Shown piece after piece: positions 27,656 through 41,140 of a stretch of 64,000 nucleotides of DNA. Under the pieces are notes generated by a model that saw nothing but the letters and a program-made list of their open reading frames with translations, did no database searches and was not told the origin of the DNA. This DNA is from Eledone cirrhosa (lineage: Eukaryota). The position numbers and the translations under genes were made by a program. The DNA is taken from positions 92,752,001 through 92,816,000 of the forward strand of contig OZ024745.1 in assembly GCA_964016885.1 (NCBI GenBank). Direction: 5' to 3'. Numbering within the stretch: position 1 is the first letter of the stretch; each line of letters starts with the position of its first letter.

Positions 27656-28047
27656 AGGGTGGGGGTTGGGCATACTATTGTAAACTTATTTAACTCTGTC
27701 ATTAACATATTTCTAATGAACAACAAACACTACTTATAGTTTTCAAATCATTTTGAAAATAATTTAAATATTCCGAGAGATTTGGTAATATAATTAACGT
27801 TTTTATTATTAAGCTAATGTTTGGAACATAACTTAACAAAGGTTCTTATGTAAATTATGATGGAAGGTTTTTAAGTAAATATTCATTTCTAATTTAGGCA
27901 CAAAGAGCAAATTTGGGGAAGGGGCAAAGTTGAATAAATCCAACCCCAGTACATGACTGGTACTTTATTTTATTCCCCTCCCCCTCCCGGAAGGATAAAA
28001 GGTGAAGTTGACCTAAATATTAACACTTAAAAACAAACATCTGATTG

Positions 28048-28112
28048 TCACAGAAATAGAGAGAGATTCAGGTGGTTTGGTGTCACACACACACATATAT
28101 ATATATATATAC

Positions 28113-28163
<51 letters not shown>

Positions 28164-28377
28164 TAGAGAGATTCAGGTGGTTTGGTGTCACACACACACA
28201 TATATATATACACACACACACAGAAATAAAGAGAGATTCAGATGGTTTGGTGTCACACACACACATATATACACACACACAGAAATAGAGACAGATTCAG
28301 GTGGTTTGGTGTCACACACACATATATATATACACACACACACACAGAAATAGAGAGAGATTCAGGTGGTTTGGTGT

Positions 28378-28409
<32 letters not shown>

Positions 28410-28518
28410 CACAGGAATAGAGAGAGATTCAGGTGGTTTGGTGTCACACACACATATATATACACACACACACACACAGGAATAGAGAGAGATTCAGGTG
28501 GTTTGGTGTCACACACAC

Positions 28519-28549
<31 letters not shown>

Positions 28550-28766
28550 TAGAGAGAGATTCAGGTGGTTTGGTGTCACACACACACATATATATATACA
28601 CACACACAGAAATAGAGAGAGATTCAGGTGGTTTGGTGTCACACACACATATATACACACACACACACACACAGAAATAGAGACAGATTCAGGTGGTTTG
28701 GGGTCACACACACACACACAGAGAAATAGAGAGAGATTCAGGTGGTTTGGTGTCACACACACACAC

Positions 28767-28797
<31 letters not shown>

Positions 28798-28835
28798 TAG
28801 AGACAGATTCAGGTGGTTTGGTGTCACACACACAC

Positions 28836-28878
<43 letters not shown>

Positions 28879-29098
28879 TAGAGAGAGATTCAGGTGGTTT
28901 GGGGTCACACACACACACACATATATATACACACACACACACAGAAATAGAGAGAGATTCAGGTGGTTTGGTGTCACACACACATATATACACACACACA
29001 CACACAGAAATAGAGAGAGATTCAGGTGGTTTGGTGGCACACACACACATATATATACACACACACAGAGAAATAGAGAGATTCAGGTGGTTTGGTGT

Positions 29099-29130
<32 letters not shown>

Positions 29131-29752
29131 CAGAAATAGAGAGAGATTTAGGTGGTTTGGTGTCACACACACACACATATATACACACACACAAATATAG
29201 AGATTCAGGTGGTTTGGTGTCACACACACACACACACACACACACAGAAATAGAGAGATTCAGGTGGTTTGGTGTCACACACACACATATATATACACAC
29301 ACACACACACAGAAATAGAGAGAGATTCAGGTGGTTTGGTGTCACACACACACATATACACACACACACACAGAAATAGAGAGAGATTCAGGTGGTTTGG
29401 TGTCACACACACACACATATATACACACACACACACACAGAAATAGAGAGAGATTCAGGTGGTTTGGTGTCACACACACACATATATATATACACACACA
29501 CACACAGAAATAGAGAGATTCAGGTGGTTTGGTGTCACACACACACGCACATATATACACACACACACACACAGAAATAGAGAGAGATTCAGGTGGTTTG
29601 GTGTCACACACACACATATATATATACACACACACACACAGAAATAGAGAGAGATTCAGGTGGTTTGGTGTCACACACACACACATATATATACACACAC
29701 ACACACACAGAAATAGAGAGAGATTCAGGTGGTTTGGTGTCACACACACACA

Positions 29753-29796
<44 letters not shown>

Positions 29797-30897
29797 TAGA
29801 GAGAGATTCAGGTGGTTTGGTGTCACACACACACACACACATATATACACACACACACACAGAAATAGAGAGAGAGATTCAGGTGGTTTAGTGTCACACA
29901 CACACATATATATATACACACACACACAGAAATAGAGAGAGATTCAGGTGGTTTGGTGTCACACACATATATACACACACCCACACACAGAAATAGAGAG
30001 AGATTCAGGTGGTTTGGTGTCACACACACACACATATATATACACACACACACACACAGAAATAGAGAGAGATTCAGGTGGTTTGGTGTCACACACACAC
30101 ATATATACACACACACACACACAGAAATAGAGAGAGATTCAGGTGGTTTGGTGGCACACACACACATATATATACACACACACAGAGAAATAGAGAGATT
30201 CAGGTGGTTTGGTGTCACACACACACATATATACACACACACACACACAGAAATAGAGAGATTCAGGTGGTTTGGTGTCACACACACACATATATATACA
30301 CACACACACACAGAAATAGAGAGAGATTCAGGTGGTTTGGTGGCACACACACACATATATATACACACACACACACACACACAGAAATAGAGAGAGATTC
30401 AGGTGGTCTGGTGTCACACACACATATATATATACACACACACACACAGAAATAGAGAGATTCAGGTGGTTTGGTGTCACACACACACATATATATACAC
30501 ACACACACACACACAGAAATAGAGAGAGATTCAGGTGGTTTGGTGTCACACACACATATATATATACACACACACACAGAGAAATAGAGACAGATTCAAG
30601 TGGTTTGGTGTCACACACACATATATACACACACACACAGAAATAGAGAGATTCAAGTGGTTTGGTGTCACACACACATATATACACACACACACACACA
30701 GAAATAGAGACAGATTCAAGTGGTTTGGTGTCACACACACACACACAGAAATAGAGACAGATTCAAGTAGTTTGGGGTCACACACACACACACACACACA
30801 CACATACAGAAATAGAGAGATTCAGGTGGTTTGGTGTCACACACACACATATACACACACAGAGAAATAGAGAGAGATTCAAGTGATTTGGTATCAA
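28048..30897. repeat. Compound minisatellite: constant ~35-bp core plus variable (CA)n(TA)n(CA)n, roughly 40 or more units
   Basis: Core cagaaatagagagagattcaggtggtttggtgtca recurs every ~55-85 bp. Confidence 0.95.
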
Positions 30898-30907
30898 GAG
30901 TTAACTG

Positions 30908-30938
<31 letters not shown>

Positions 30939-31998
30939 TACAAACAGGCAACAAAGAATTGCAACTCTTGTAATCAGCATGGTGCCTAATAAACACTTAA
31001 ATCTTGATAATGCTGAAGAAGCAGAGATGTATGTCTGATAGGGTTTAACTCAAAACTTATTTAGAAGAAGATACTAAACCTGAGCCTGCTTAAGTCAAAA
31101 TTCCTTACATTATTTCACATCAATGTGAACTGAAAGATATCCTATATCATACAACAATTCAAAGATTGTTCAACTGGAAATTTAAAATGTGTTGATAAAA
31201 TATCTAAACCTAAAGAATGGCTCATCTCAGAAGGTGAACATTTTTGCACCTAAAGCAAAATGAAAATGAGTTAGTTCATGATTTCTCAAATGCATAATTG
31301 TTTCTACTTTAGGCACAAGGCCAGCAATTACCCAGTGCATTACTGGTACTTTATTTTATCGACCCCGTAAGGATGAAAGGCAAAGTCAACCTCGGCGGGA
31401 TTTGAACTCAGATCGTAAAGGGACGTAACTATGCTGGAAAGCATGGCGTCCGACCCTCTACCGATACTGCCAATCCACCACCCTAAATGCATAATGCCTA
31501 GTATGTTTTTTTTTTTTTTTTTGGTAAATTCTATGAAATCCATGCTGGCCCAGAAGCAGAGCTTAATGACAGTATTTTGTCACAGCCCTCTATGTTCTGG
31601 TTTCAAATCCAGCCATGGTTACCTATGCCTTTCATCCTTCCAGAATCAATAAAATAAAGTACCAGTAAAGTGGTGGGGTGGGGGACTATAACTGTTTTTC
31701 TCCTTCCTCCAAAATTGTTGGCCTTATATATAAATTGGTGGTGCTATGGTCCTGTAACTCCTGTGGGGTCATAGGGATGTCTCTTTCCAGGGCTGAGTAC
31801 AGCAGATTTCTTCCAGAGAAAGAATTAACCTCAGTACTAAACTAGTACTTTTTTTATCGACCTTGAAACGATGAAAGGCAAAGTTGACCTTGGCGGTATT
31901 TGAGCTCTACGAGTAGAGAGCCGGAATGCAGACCGTAAAGCATTCTAACCGATATTCTAACGACTCTGCCAATTGCCACCTTGTATCTAAATTAGAAA

Positions 31999-32213
31999 CC
32001 CTATAGCATTTAAACTGGCTGTATACAGCTAGAATTCTCTCACCTCTTTCTGTTCAAACCATCTGTAACTGGCCACTAATACTGATGTTAAGATATTGTT
32101 CTCAAAATAAATAATATCAAATAATCTCATAGATTTGATATTATGTGAGATAATTATATGAGATAAAGGCTTTTCCACGAAAATATAATAAATATAGAAT
32201 TATGTAAATGCTA
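31999..32213. mobile_element. piggyBac-like MITE (degenerate ends)
   Basis: Internal sequence matches 17640-17857. Confidence 0.75.
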
Positions 32214-32712
32214 CCTCAGACAAAAATAAAGATTCTCCATTGTCTAAAAACTTCACCTAAATTGTCAATCTTAATTCTAGTTAGCTTTATTGTAATACTC
32301 TGATGTTAGAGTGAGGAAATTCTCATGGATTCCTAGTAGAGCTAAATTCTAATACAGAAATATTCTATGATCTAACAAAAACTCATCAAGGAATGTTTAA
32401 CAAACAAGTAGCTGAGAGAAAATAGGTTAAAAATTGCAGCAATTGTAAAAGATCACATCCATACAAAAAACGTTTACATGCACAAATGCACACACACACA
32501 CACACCACGACACATATCACACACACCACGACACATATCACATCCACAAAAGGTCTGGTCTACTTCATATTTTCAGTCTGAAAGCACCCTATTAGAATAT
32601 TTTCACAAACAGGTCAAGTAGACACAAAATAGTATTACCACCACCACCACCACCAGTTGTTTAACTAGTATATGTATGTATATGTATATATATACGTATG
32701 TATATATATATA

Positions 32713-33446
32713 TCTGTATATATATATAAAATTATGTTTGTGTGTGTGTATTACCTATAGGGGCCTACATCTTACGACCGATTAGTCATCAGGGAGTGTT
32801 TTCTATATATCAGCGTATCGTTTTTTTTATTCCGGGGTCATTCTGCAGATTAAAATCAATAGTGGGGGTCACCTTTTTTTAGGTATCGAAAAATAAGATT
32901 TTTGGCTCTAGCTCCCACATTTTGCCACCGATTTCGTTCAAATTTTAAAGCAAAATAGAATTTATCATTGCACATCCTGTAATGGCATTATATTTTGCAT
33001 TTGTTGTTCAGGGACGGCGTGGCAGCCACTTAAATATTTAAAAATACCACTTTCAGACTCAAATTTCCACTTTTTCAGCTCTAGCTCCCACATTAATCAA
33101 CCTACTTTGTTCAAATGTTACACTACGCTAGATCTGATTATTTCACGTCTTAAAGTGGGTTTATGTATTTGAAAATACCACCTTTTCGCTCAAATTTCCG
33201 CCTTTTCGGTTATAGCTCCCATATTTTTCAACCGATTTCGTTCAAAATCGAAACCCCCCCCCCCCCCCTGCATGCACCTTCGTCAGTCACCCGTGCTCCT
33301 CAGTGATAGAGGTCATCACCACTCTCCCCTCCATGGCCTGTGTGTGGCCATAGATGAGTCATCGAGAAGCAGTTGCTAAGATCAACACCTTTTCATCAAA
33401 GCAGATATTAATTTACCTACCCAGGCAACGCTGGGTACTGCTGCTA

Positions 33447-33447
<1 letters not shown>
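32713..33447 (+). mobile_element. Non-autonomous Helitron
   Basis: 5' TC start, 3' hairpin TACCCAG-gcaacg-CTGGGTA then CTAG end, inserted between A and T, no TSD; second copy at 52084-52887. Confidence 0.85.
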
Positions 33448-33498
<51 letters not shown>

Positions 33499-33519
33499 GT
33501 ATATATATGTGTATATATG

Positions 33520-33566
<47 letters not shown>

Positions 33567-33595
33567 GTGTGTGTGTATATATATATATATGTGTA

Positions 33596-33650
<55 letters not shown>

Positions 33651-33981
33651 GCGAGTCTACATGTTAAAACATATCTGAGGAGCTTCCAGTTCCAGAGTCA
33701 GGTTCAATCATTAATAGCTCGTTCCTCGAGGTGCTCGAGGATGAGACATATGTAATTAAATATATAAATAATGCAACACTGATTCTTTGTTCCCTTATAT
33801 ATCAATACTATATATATATATATATATTATTTATTTATGTAGACCACTGAGCGTGTGCGCATAAACGCACCTGCACCGTGTTGTATTTGTGAGAGTATTG
33901 TATAAGCTCAATGTACGAGAACAGAGCCGTTATATGTAAAAGAAATCAAAGAACGCCTACATTCTCATACAATTTTTATTT

Positions 33982-34026
33982 GCTGACAATGTTTCATCCA
34001 TACCATTGGGCAGGAATCATCAGAGC
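33982..34026 (-). ncRNA. Minimal type I hammerhead ribozyme
   Basis: Reverse complement of 34361-34405. Confidence 0.8.
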
Positions 34027-34360
34027 TTTATAAACAAAAATACAGTGCTGAGTATAAGCTCTACTGAGCCTAGTCACATGAACATTAGAAATACTATAGA
34101 GGGCAACAAGAGGGAGATCGTGAATGGCAAGTATGGAGAGAGTGCATAGTGAGGTTGTTATTCAGCACTACAGCTAAATGCAATGGTACAGGCAGATTTT
34201 TTCACAAGATGCAGAAGCACGTGAGGGCACATAAAGGCAAAAAGTATAAACAATAGTAAAAACATAATAAAAAGTAAAAGGAAAATAATAATATAAAGAG
34301 ATTAAAAAAAAATTAAAAAAGAAAAAGTTTTAAAGCACACAAAAAACAGATGTTTATAAA

Positions 34361-34405
34361 GCTCTGATGATTCCTGCCCAATGGTATGGATGAAACATTG
34401 TCAGC
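34361..34405 (+). ncRNA. Minimal type I hammerhead ribozyme
   Basis: gct-CTGATGA-ttcctgcccaatggtatggat-GAAAC-att-GTC-agc, followed by aaataaa; stem I gct/agc; predicted cut after 34402. Confidence 0.8.
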
Positions 34406-34448
34406 AAATAAAAATTATATGAGTATGTAGGCGTTCTTTGATTTCTTT

Positions 34449-34487
<39 letters not shown>

Positions 34488-34630
34488 GTGCGTGTGTGTG
34501 TGTGTGTCATCATCATTTAACATACATTTTCCACGCTAGCATGGGTAGGACAGGTTGACCCTTTGGGAGCGAATCAGATCAGAGACCATGTTTCACTCAC
34601 TCAGACCTGATATATATATATATATATATA

Positions 34631-34845
34631 AGTTTATATAGAAAAGGCTTTTACATGACTAGTACAGTTTCATTCGTATGGAATCATCAGGAACGCTGTT
34701 TGATTTCATACAAATGAAACAGTACTAGTCCTGTAGAAGCCTTTTCTATATAAATAAACTTCTGTCTTCACTCTACACATGTATTGAGTACCTTATTTAC
34801 TGTGGCTACCCCCCCCCCCCCCCCCCCCGACTCAACTCAGGACCT
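34631..34845 (+). mobile_element. Fold-back element with degenerate hammerhead halves (same family as 20005-20167)
   Basis: Inverted repeat 34631-34761; minus strand CTGATGA..GAAAC..GTA; plus strand GAAACAG-tactagtc-CTGTA-gaa; tail gtattgagtacctta..tactgtggctacccc. Confidence 0.7.
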
Positions 34846-35826
34846 ATATATGTATGTATGTATATATATATATATATGTGTGCGTGTATTATATATACAT
34901 GAATATATTGTGTCAAGAGTGAGAGTATTTGTCAACTGTAGAAGATAGTAATGATGGCAGTGGAGGAGGTGGTGGTGGTGGTGGTGGCGATGGTGGTGAT
35001 GGAGAAGAAAGTGGTAGTGGTGATGGAGGAGGAAGTGGTGGTGGTGGCAGTTTGGTGGTGGTGAAGATGGTGTTGGTGGTGGTGGTGGTGAAGATGGTGT
35101 TGGTGGTGGTGATGGTGAAGATGGTGTTGGTGGTGATGGCAGTGGTGGTGATGATAATCCACAGAAATGATGAAACCTTGATGAAAATGGATGTCAAACA
35201 GTAGTAACAGCAGACTTAATGCACTTAGGTTGACTGTATGTGTGTGTATGTGTGTATATATATATATGTGTGTGTGTATGTATGTGTATGTGTGTATGCA
35301 TGTGCATGATAGAGAATTGAAATGCAAGAAAACATTGCTGAAAATGAAGAGGGAATACTAAACAAAGTGGAAATTAAAAGGAGAGAGAGATGGGGAGTAG
35401 GTGGATAGAGGGTAAGAGAGAGAGATGGATAGATGGAGAGAGAGATGGGGAGTAGGTGGATAGATGGAGAGAGAGATGGGGAGTAGGTGGATAGAGGGTA
35501 AGAGAGAGAGATGGATAGAGGGTAAGAAAGAGAGATGGGGAGAGAGAGAGAAAGAAATGGATAGAGGGAGAGAGGGATTATGTGCAGGGGAAAGGGGGAT
35601 CTGATGGATGGAAAGAGATGGAATAGAATGGATAGTGTGGAATGAAACAAAGAGAGAAAGAGAGAGATGCTGTAAAAGTGGAATGAAATGTATCTAGAAA
35701 GGGTAAATGATACAGAAAGATGGAAAGTGTGAGAAAGAGAGAGAGTAATATAATATGGAGAGAGGGAAAACGGATTCATGAAAAGAAGAGAAGAAAGTCA
35801 TAAAATGAAGAGAGAACCTAAAAACA

Positions 35827-35863
<37 letters not shown>

Positions 35864-37351
35864 AGCTGAAAACAAGAAGGAAAACGTGAGAGAGAGAGGT
35901 GAATAGCAAAGGAGAGAGAGAAAATGAAAAAAAAAGTTATTTACAAAAATTAGTAAAAATGAGATATTCAGTAAAAACAAGAGTGACAGATACAACCAAC
36001 ATATATAAAAATGGAGCAACAGTATTTTAGAGTTTATAAGTGAAATGGAAGCTGATATGTAACAGGAATTCATTTGAAGTTAAATTTCATTAAATCATCA
36101 AATACTTTACTCATAGATTCAGAATTTATCAAAAGATTGTAAAATAGAATTTCTTTTATATTAAACAACATAACACTCAAATTTCAACTTGAATGTGCGC
36201 ACACACACAAACTCGCACAAATAACACGCACTCATACACATGCTTACACACACACAAACTCGCAGACACTCATACACAAACACGCACACATATACATGCA
36301 TAGACACTCATACACACACACACTCACACTCATGCAGGTAATTGATTATAGATTATGCTGTGTAAGTCACAACTTGGAGTTTCATGTTCAACTTTTTAGA
36401 TATCTGGGTCACCTGAAGATTGGGAAAATGAAACTGAGTAGCAACTCATTGACTTAGATCTGAATATGTCTGCTATTGAAACGTTAGTTCTTGTCTGATG
36501 ACCCTGTCATAAATAGGTGAAACCAGACTCACTATTTGGCCTTATTAAAGTGAATATTAAAACTCTACTCTGGTTCTACACACTCCAGCCGTAACACTGG
36601 AATACAATCCTAATGAAACGGACATTGTAACAGCATCGAGTGCTTTGAAAGGCATGCCTCCTATAACTGTTGTTACACAACTCTTAATCCAATATACACC
36701 CCACCCCACACGCCCTACTCCATCCTCCCACTTCCGTAAAGTGGTCGTGTAGGTGACACGACAAAAAGCACCCAGTCCACACTGTAAAGTGGTCATGTAG
36801 GAGACACGATAAAAAGGCTCCCAGTACACACTGTAAATGTGGTTGGTGTTAGGCAGGGCATCCAGCCGTAGAAAACCTGCCAGAAACAGTTCTGTACGAG
36901 CGAGATATGGTCACCCGACCAATCTTGCCTCAAGTGGGACAAACCCGTCCAACCCATGCTAGTGTTAAACAATGATGATGATATATATATATATCTATCA
37001 ATCATCATCATCATTTGTATGTCCGTTTTTCCATGTTTTCATGGGTTGGACAGCATATAAACACACACACATGCACACATAGCATCATCATTATTTTACA
37101 TCCGTTTTTCCATGCTGGTACAGGTCATCATGGTCCAAGACATTAGATAATTAGAGTTACTGCCTCCCTAGATGGGCCAAGCATCCACAACCCACTCATA
37201 CATGTTCCATTTTGGGCATAGTTTCTATGGTTAGATGCCCTTCCTATTACCAATTACTTTACAGAGCACACTGGGTGCGCTTATTGTGATACTAGTACCA
37301 AAGAAATTGTCATGTTCTTAACACAACTGAAGAGTCCTTTCAACCATTTGT

Positions 37352-37554
37352 TTAACCCGTTAGCATTTACATTATTCTATATATACTATTGTATTTTTAT
37401 GGCTTTATCTCACAAAATATCTCACATAATATCAAATCTATGAGATTTTGATATTACGTATTTTGAGAACAATACCTTAACATCAATATGAGTGAACAGA
37501 AAATAGTGAAAGAATTATGGTCGGATACAGCCGGTTTAAATGCTAACGAGTTAA
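37352..37554. mobile_element. piggyBac-like MITE
   Basis: TTAA-CCCGTTAGCATTT...AAATGCTAACGAG-TTAA. Confidence 0.82.
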
Positions 37555-38924
37555 CATGCTTTTCATGGTTGAATGCCCTTCCTAAATCCAACCAGATAAC
37601 AATAATAATCTATTTACTGAGGAAAAGTGGTTCTCAGTTGGAAGACTTACTATTTTTACTTTGGTATTTCAAACTATACTTTGTGCTGGGGTTTGAACTC
37701 TCAAACAGAAAAGAGATAATAACCAGTGTAATAATATTGTAATTTAATCAACTGATTAGGTGTCAAGGATTATAATTTACAGATCCATCTGAAGTCTCAA
37801 GATTAGAGGCTCATCAAGCTGGTGCTTATCCTGGTTTTTGTGGTGTGAAGCAGCCAGTCCATTGCAGGGTTAAACCCCCAAGTATTATTGGTACTCATTT
37901 TCAGCACTAAAGCAATACATGAAATGAAGTGTTTTGCTCAAGAACACAACACACAACTAAATCAAGGAATGGAACCCATGATATTATGATTGTAAGTTCA
38001 GCACCCTTACCACCAGGCCACGTGCTTCCATATAGTTTACAGAGAAAAGCATAAATCTAACTGATATTCTTGTCTTTCAAGAAGAAAGTATCAGAGATGT
38101 GGGCTGCTAAATGATATACAAGTGAAACTGGTTCCAACTATGAATTGAAACCAGTTCAAATACTGAAGTCAATAACTTAATAGCTATACCAATAAATATA
38201 GAACCAGCATATTGCCAGAACATGCATCTAATCAATAACTAACATGTAATTCTAAGACCTATAAGATATCAAGGAAATTTAGGAGTGAGTGAATGAGAGT
38301 GTGTAGTATTACAAAGGCTATTGAGTGACACTGTAGTATTAGAGAGGAAGATATTGTTGACTAAATGGCCCCATCATCAATACACAGACATTAATCTTAT
38401 TAAACTCCAAAAGTAAACCCTATTGTAATTTATATTTAATTATTGAGCTACATTTCCAAAATAAAACACCTAGACCAACATCCAAATTAAGGTTGTGTCA
38501 AATTCTCCCAATCTTATTGTAAGCTTTGACATAAGAAGTGTCCAGCCCACAAAGTAAAGTGTTCATGTAGGTATCACAATGAAAAGCACCCAGTACACAC
38601 TGTAAAGTGGTTGTGCAGGTGTCACAACAAAAAGCACCAGTACTAACTGTAAATGTGGTTGAGTGTCCAGCCCTAGAAACCAAGTTCTGCAGGAGTAAGT
38701 CACAGTGACCTAATCTAGCTTGTATCACAATGGGACAACTCATCTAACCCATGCTAGTGTGGGAAAATGGATGATAAATGGTGATGTTGATGATCATTCT
38801 CTTCAAAAAAAGCATCAAAAATACTAGAGAAAGAGTGAGAAAATGAAATATGTAAAATAGAATCTTAAAGATATGAAGACCACACAAGGAAATTTTTGTT
38901 CCCTAATATATATATAATATATTT

Positions 38925-39112
38925 ATAGGAAAAGGTTCAGGAACCCGACGGCAGAGCTCAAGCCGTTTCGACGGCTATTTCTGAACAGAAATAGCCGTCG
39001 AAACGGCTTGAGCTCTGCCGTCAGGGTCTTGAACCTTTTCCTATTACCCATTCTACTACCCAAAGTATCGAGTACTCTGGTGCGTTATGGTCCTTACCAC
39101 ACTTCCTTCATT
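38925..39112 (+). mobile_element. Palindromic element (120-bp hairpin plus tail) with the 3' half of a hammerhead
   Basis: 38925-39044 is a near-perfect palindrome with a 2-nt loop; GAAACGGC-ttgagctct-GCCGTC; homologous copy at 51886-52077. Confidence 0.75.
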
Positions 39113-40696
39113 ATATATATATATATTACCTATTCTGTGAATCCAGATGATTAAACAATTCTTCCACATGAAGCCTTCAGTAAACTACTATTTGTAAAAT
39201 TCATTTAAAAAACAAAACTCCACTTTTTATATTTATTTTTGACTTCGAATGATACTTGAAAAAGGGTAATTAAGATTGTTTTATATATTAAAAAAATGTT
39301 TTAGCAGTGAAGACTTCTGGTGTCTAGCATTGATGAGAACCCTAAATGGTTGATGTTTTCTGGTGTTATTAAGGATATGATTTGAAAGGCAAATAAGCTA
39401 TTCTAAACAAACTCAGTCATATGTACACTAAAGTAGCCTTTGTAAAAAAATTGTTTGATCCCTAAACTTAGCTGCCACGGCATTGTCCACTTCACCACAA
39501 TTTTTATCATAACTACCACACAAGATTAAGCAATTGTTTGACTTGCTAACAACAGTAGACAAGTTTCCAATATATGCCATCTCAAAAACGGAACAAATAT
39601 AGTTAAATCAATTCAACAATAAAAAGAATTTTAAAAAGGTTGGGTTTTTTTTCCTTCTCAGGAAGGTTTTTAGTGGTTCCTTTGTAGTTTAATAGTTATA
39701 GGATATGTAACCAATATTTTAATGAATAAAAATATTGCAATGACCAAGTAGACAGAGTTATGAGCTCTCGGTGTAAGTCATGAATGCTTAGCTACTGCCA
39801 GAGGTGCCGAGCTGTCGATAAAAACTTCCACTAGCTCATTACTATAAGATTAGAGACCTGACCATATCACGACAGCAGCAGGTTTTTTTTGTTGTTTTTT
39901 TTTCGCTTTTTTTTCTCTACAACAATAATAAAATGTCTAGGTTACATGGTTTTAATATAACTTATTTGAAAGATACTATTGCTTCTGGTATAAACAAAGA
40001 AATTTTTTTTATTTATTAAGAAATATTGGAAGAAGAAAAAAAGTTGAAGATTCTAATGCAAAGCTAAGCCAAAATCATAATAATGAATAAAAATGAAAGT
40101 AAAATAAAATAAACATCAACATTTACTCTGAAAGAGAGCATTTTTATACCAAAAAACGAAAATATATAAATGAAGTCTTGATAAAATTTAAGCTTCAACA
40201 ATAACTAGCAAGGGAGACCATGTGAAGAATATACAAAAGAATGCAGATATAATGTGAAAACATTTCAATTTCTTTTCTGTAATGTATAGAACCTGAGGGC
40301 ATTATTTGATTTCAAAAATAAATAATATTACACTTCTATGATTAAAAAAAAAAATGAATATAATCTAGTTAAAAGAATGTACAATTCTTATAGTTTAATT
40401 GAGTTTACCTGTAAATTTTTTTAACCACTTTTTGTCAACAGGTGGGATAAGATTTTATAAATATGCATTTTGGTTACATTCATTTTGTCATGTCTTCATT
40501 CTTTAGTGGAATGGTATTTTTCTAGACAGAAAAAGCAATTATTTTTAACAACTGAATGCTCTTCTTATTACCAATCTATTTAATTCTGAAGTAAGAGATG
40601 AACTTGTTTGTCATGCAGACAAACAAGCTCATTGAGACAACTTGAACATAGTATGGTAAGATAGTGTTAACATATTTCATGTAGTGATTATCATCA

Positions 40697-41140
40697 AGCC
40701 CAGTCTACACTGTAAAGTGGTCGTGTAGGTGTCGCAACAAAAAGCACCCAGCTCACACTGTGAAATAGTTGTGTAGGTGTCACGGCAAAAAGCACCCAGC
40801 CCACACTGTAAAGTAGTCATGTAGGTGTCATGACGAAAAGCACCTAGTCTACACTGTAAAGTGGTCGTGTAGGTGTCATGACAAAAAGCACCCAGCCCAC
40901 ACTATAAAATAGTCGTGTAGGTGTCATGACAAAAAGCCCACAGCCTACACTGTAAAGTGGCCGTATAGGTGTCATGACAAAAAGCACCCAGTACATACTG
41001 TAAAGAGGTTATGTAGGTGTGTCACAATGAAAAGCACCCAGTCTACACTGTAAAACAGTCGTGTAGGTGTCATGGCAAAAAGCACCCAGTCCATACTGTA
41101 AAGTTGTCGTGTAGGTGTCACTACAAAAAACACCCAGTTC
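40697..41140. repeat. 48-bp minisatellite (~9 units, opposite orientation to 27030-27655)
   Basis: aaaaagcacccagtctacactgtaaagtggtcgtgtaggtgtcatgac units. Confidence 0.88.

Larger units (their letters stand above)
33830..34456 (-). mobile_element. Penelope-like pLTR-derived fold-back element with 106-bp inverted arms
   Basis: 33931-34036 is the reverse complement of 34351-34456 (2 mismatches seen); extra tail 33830-33930; (TA)n on both sides. Confidence 0.8.

Noticed and set aside
27067-27739. 16-aa repeat ORFs rich in Cys and His
   Set aside because: Translation of the 48-bp retroelement-derived minisatellite; other arrays of the unit have stops and indels
28048-30897. CRISPR-like repeat-spacer pattern
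   Set aside because: Spacers are only CA/TA microsatellite, not unique sequence; eukaryotic context and no cas genes
31109-31129. Possible 21-nt minus-strand microexon
   Set aside because: Stop codons in all three frames
34913-35327. Gly-, His- and Pro-rich ORFs
   Set aside because: Derived from (GGT)n/(GAT)n low-complexity sequence
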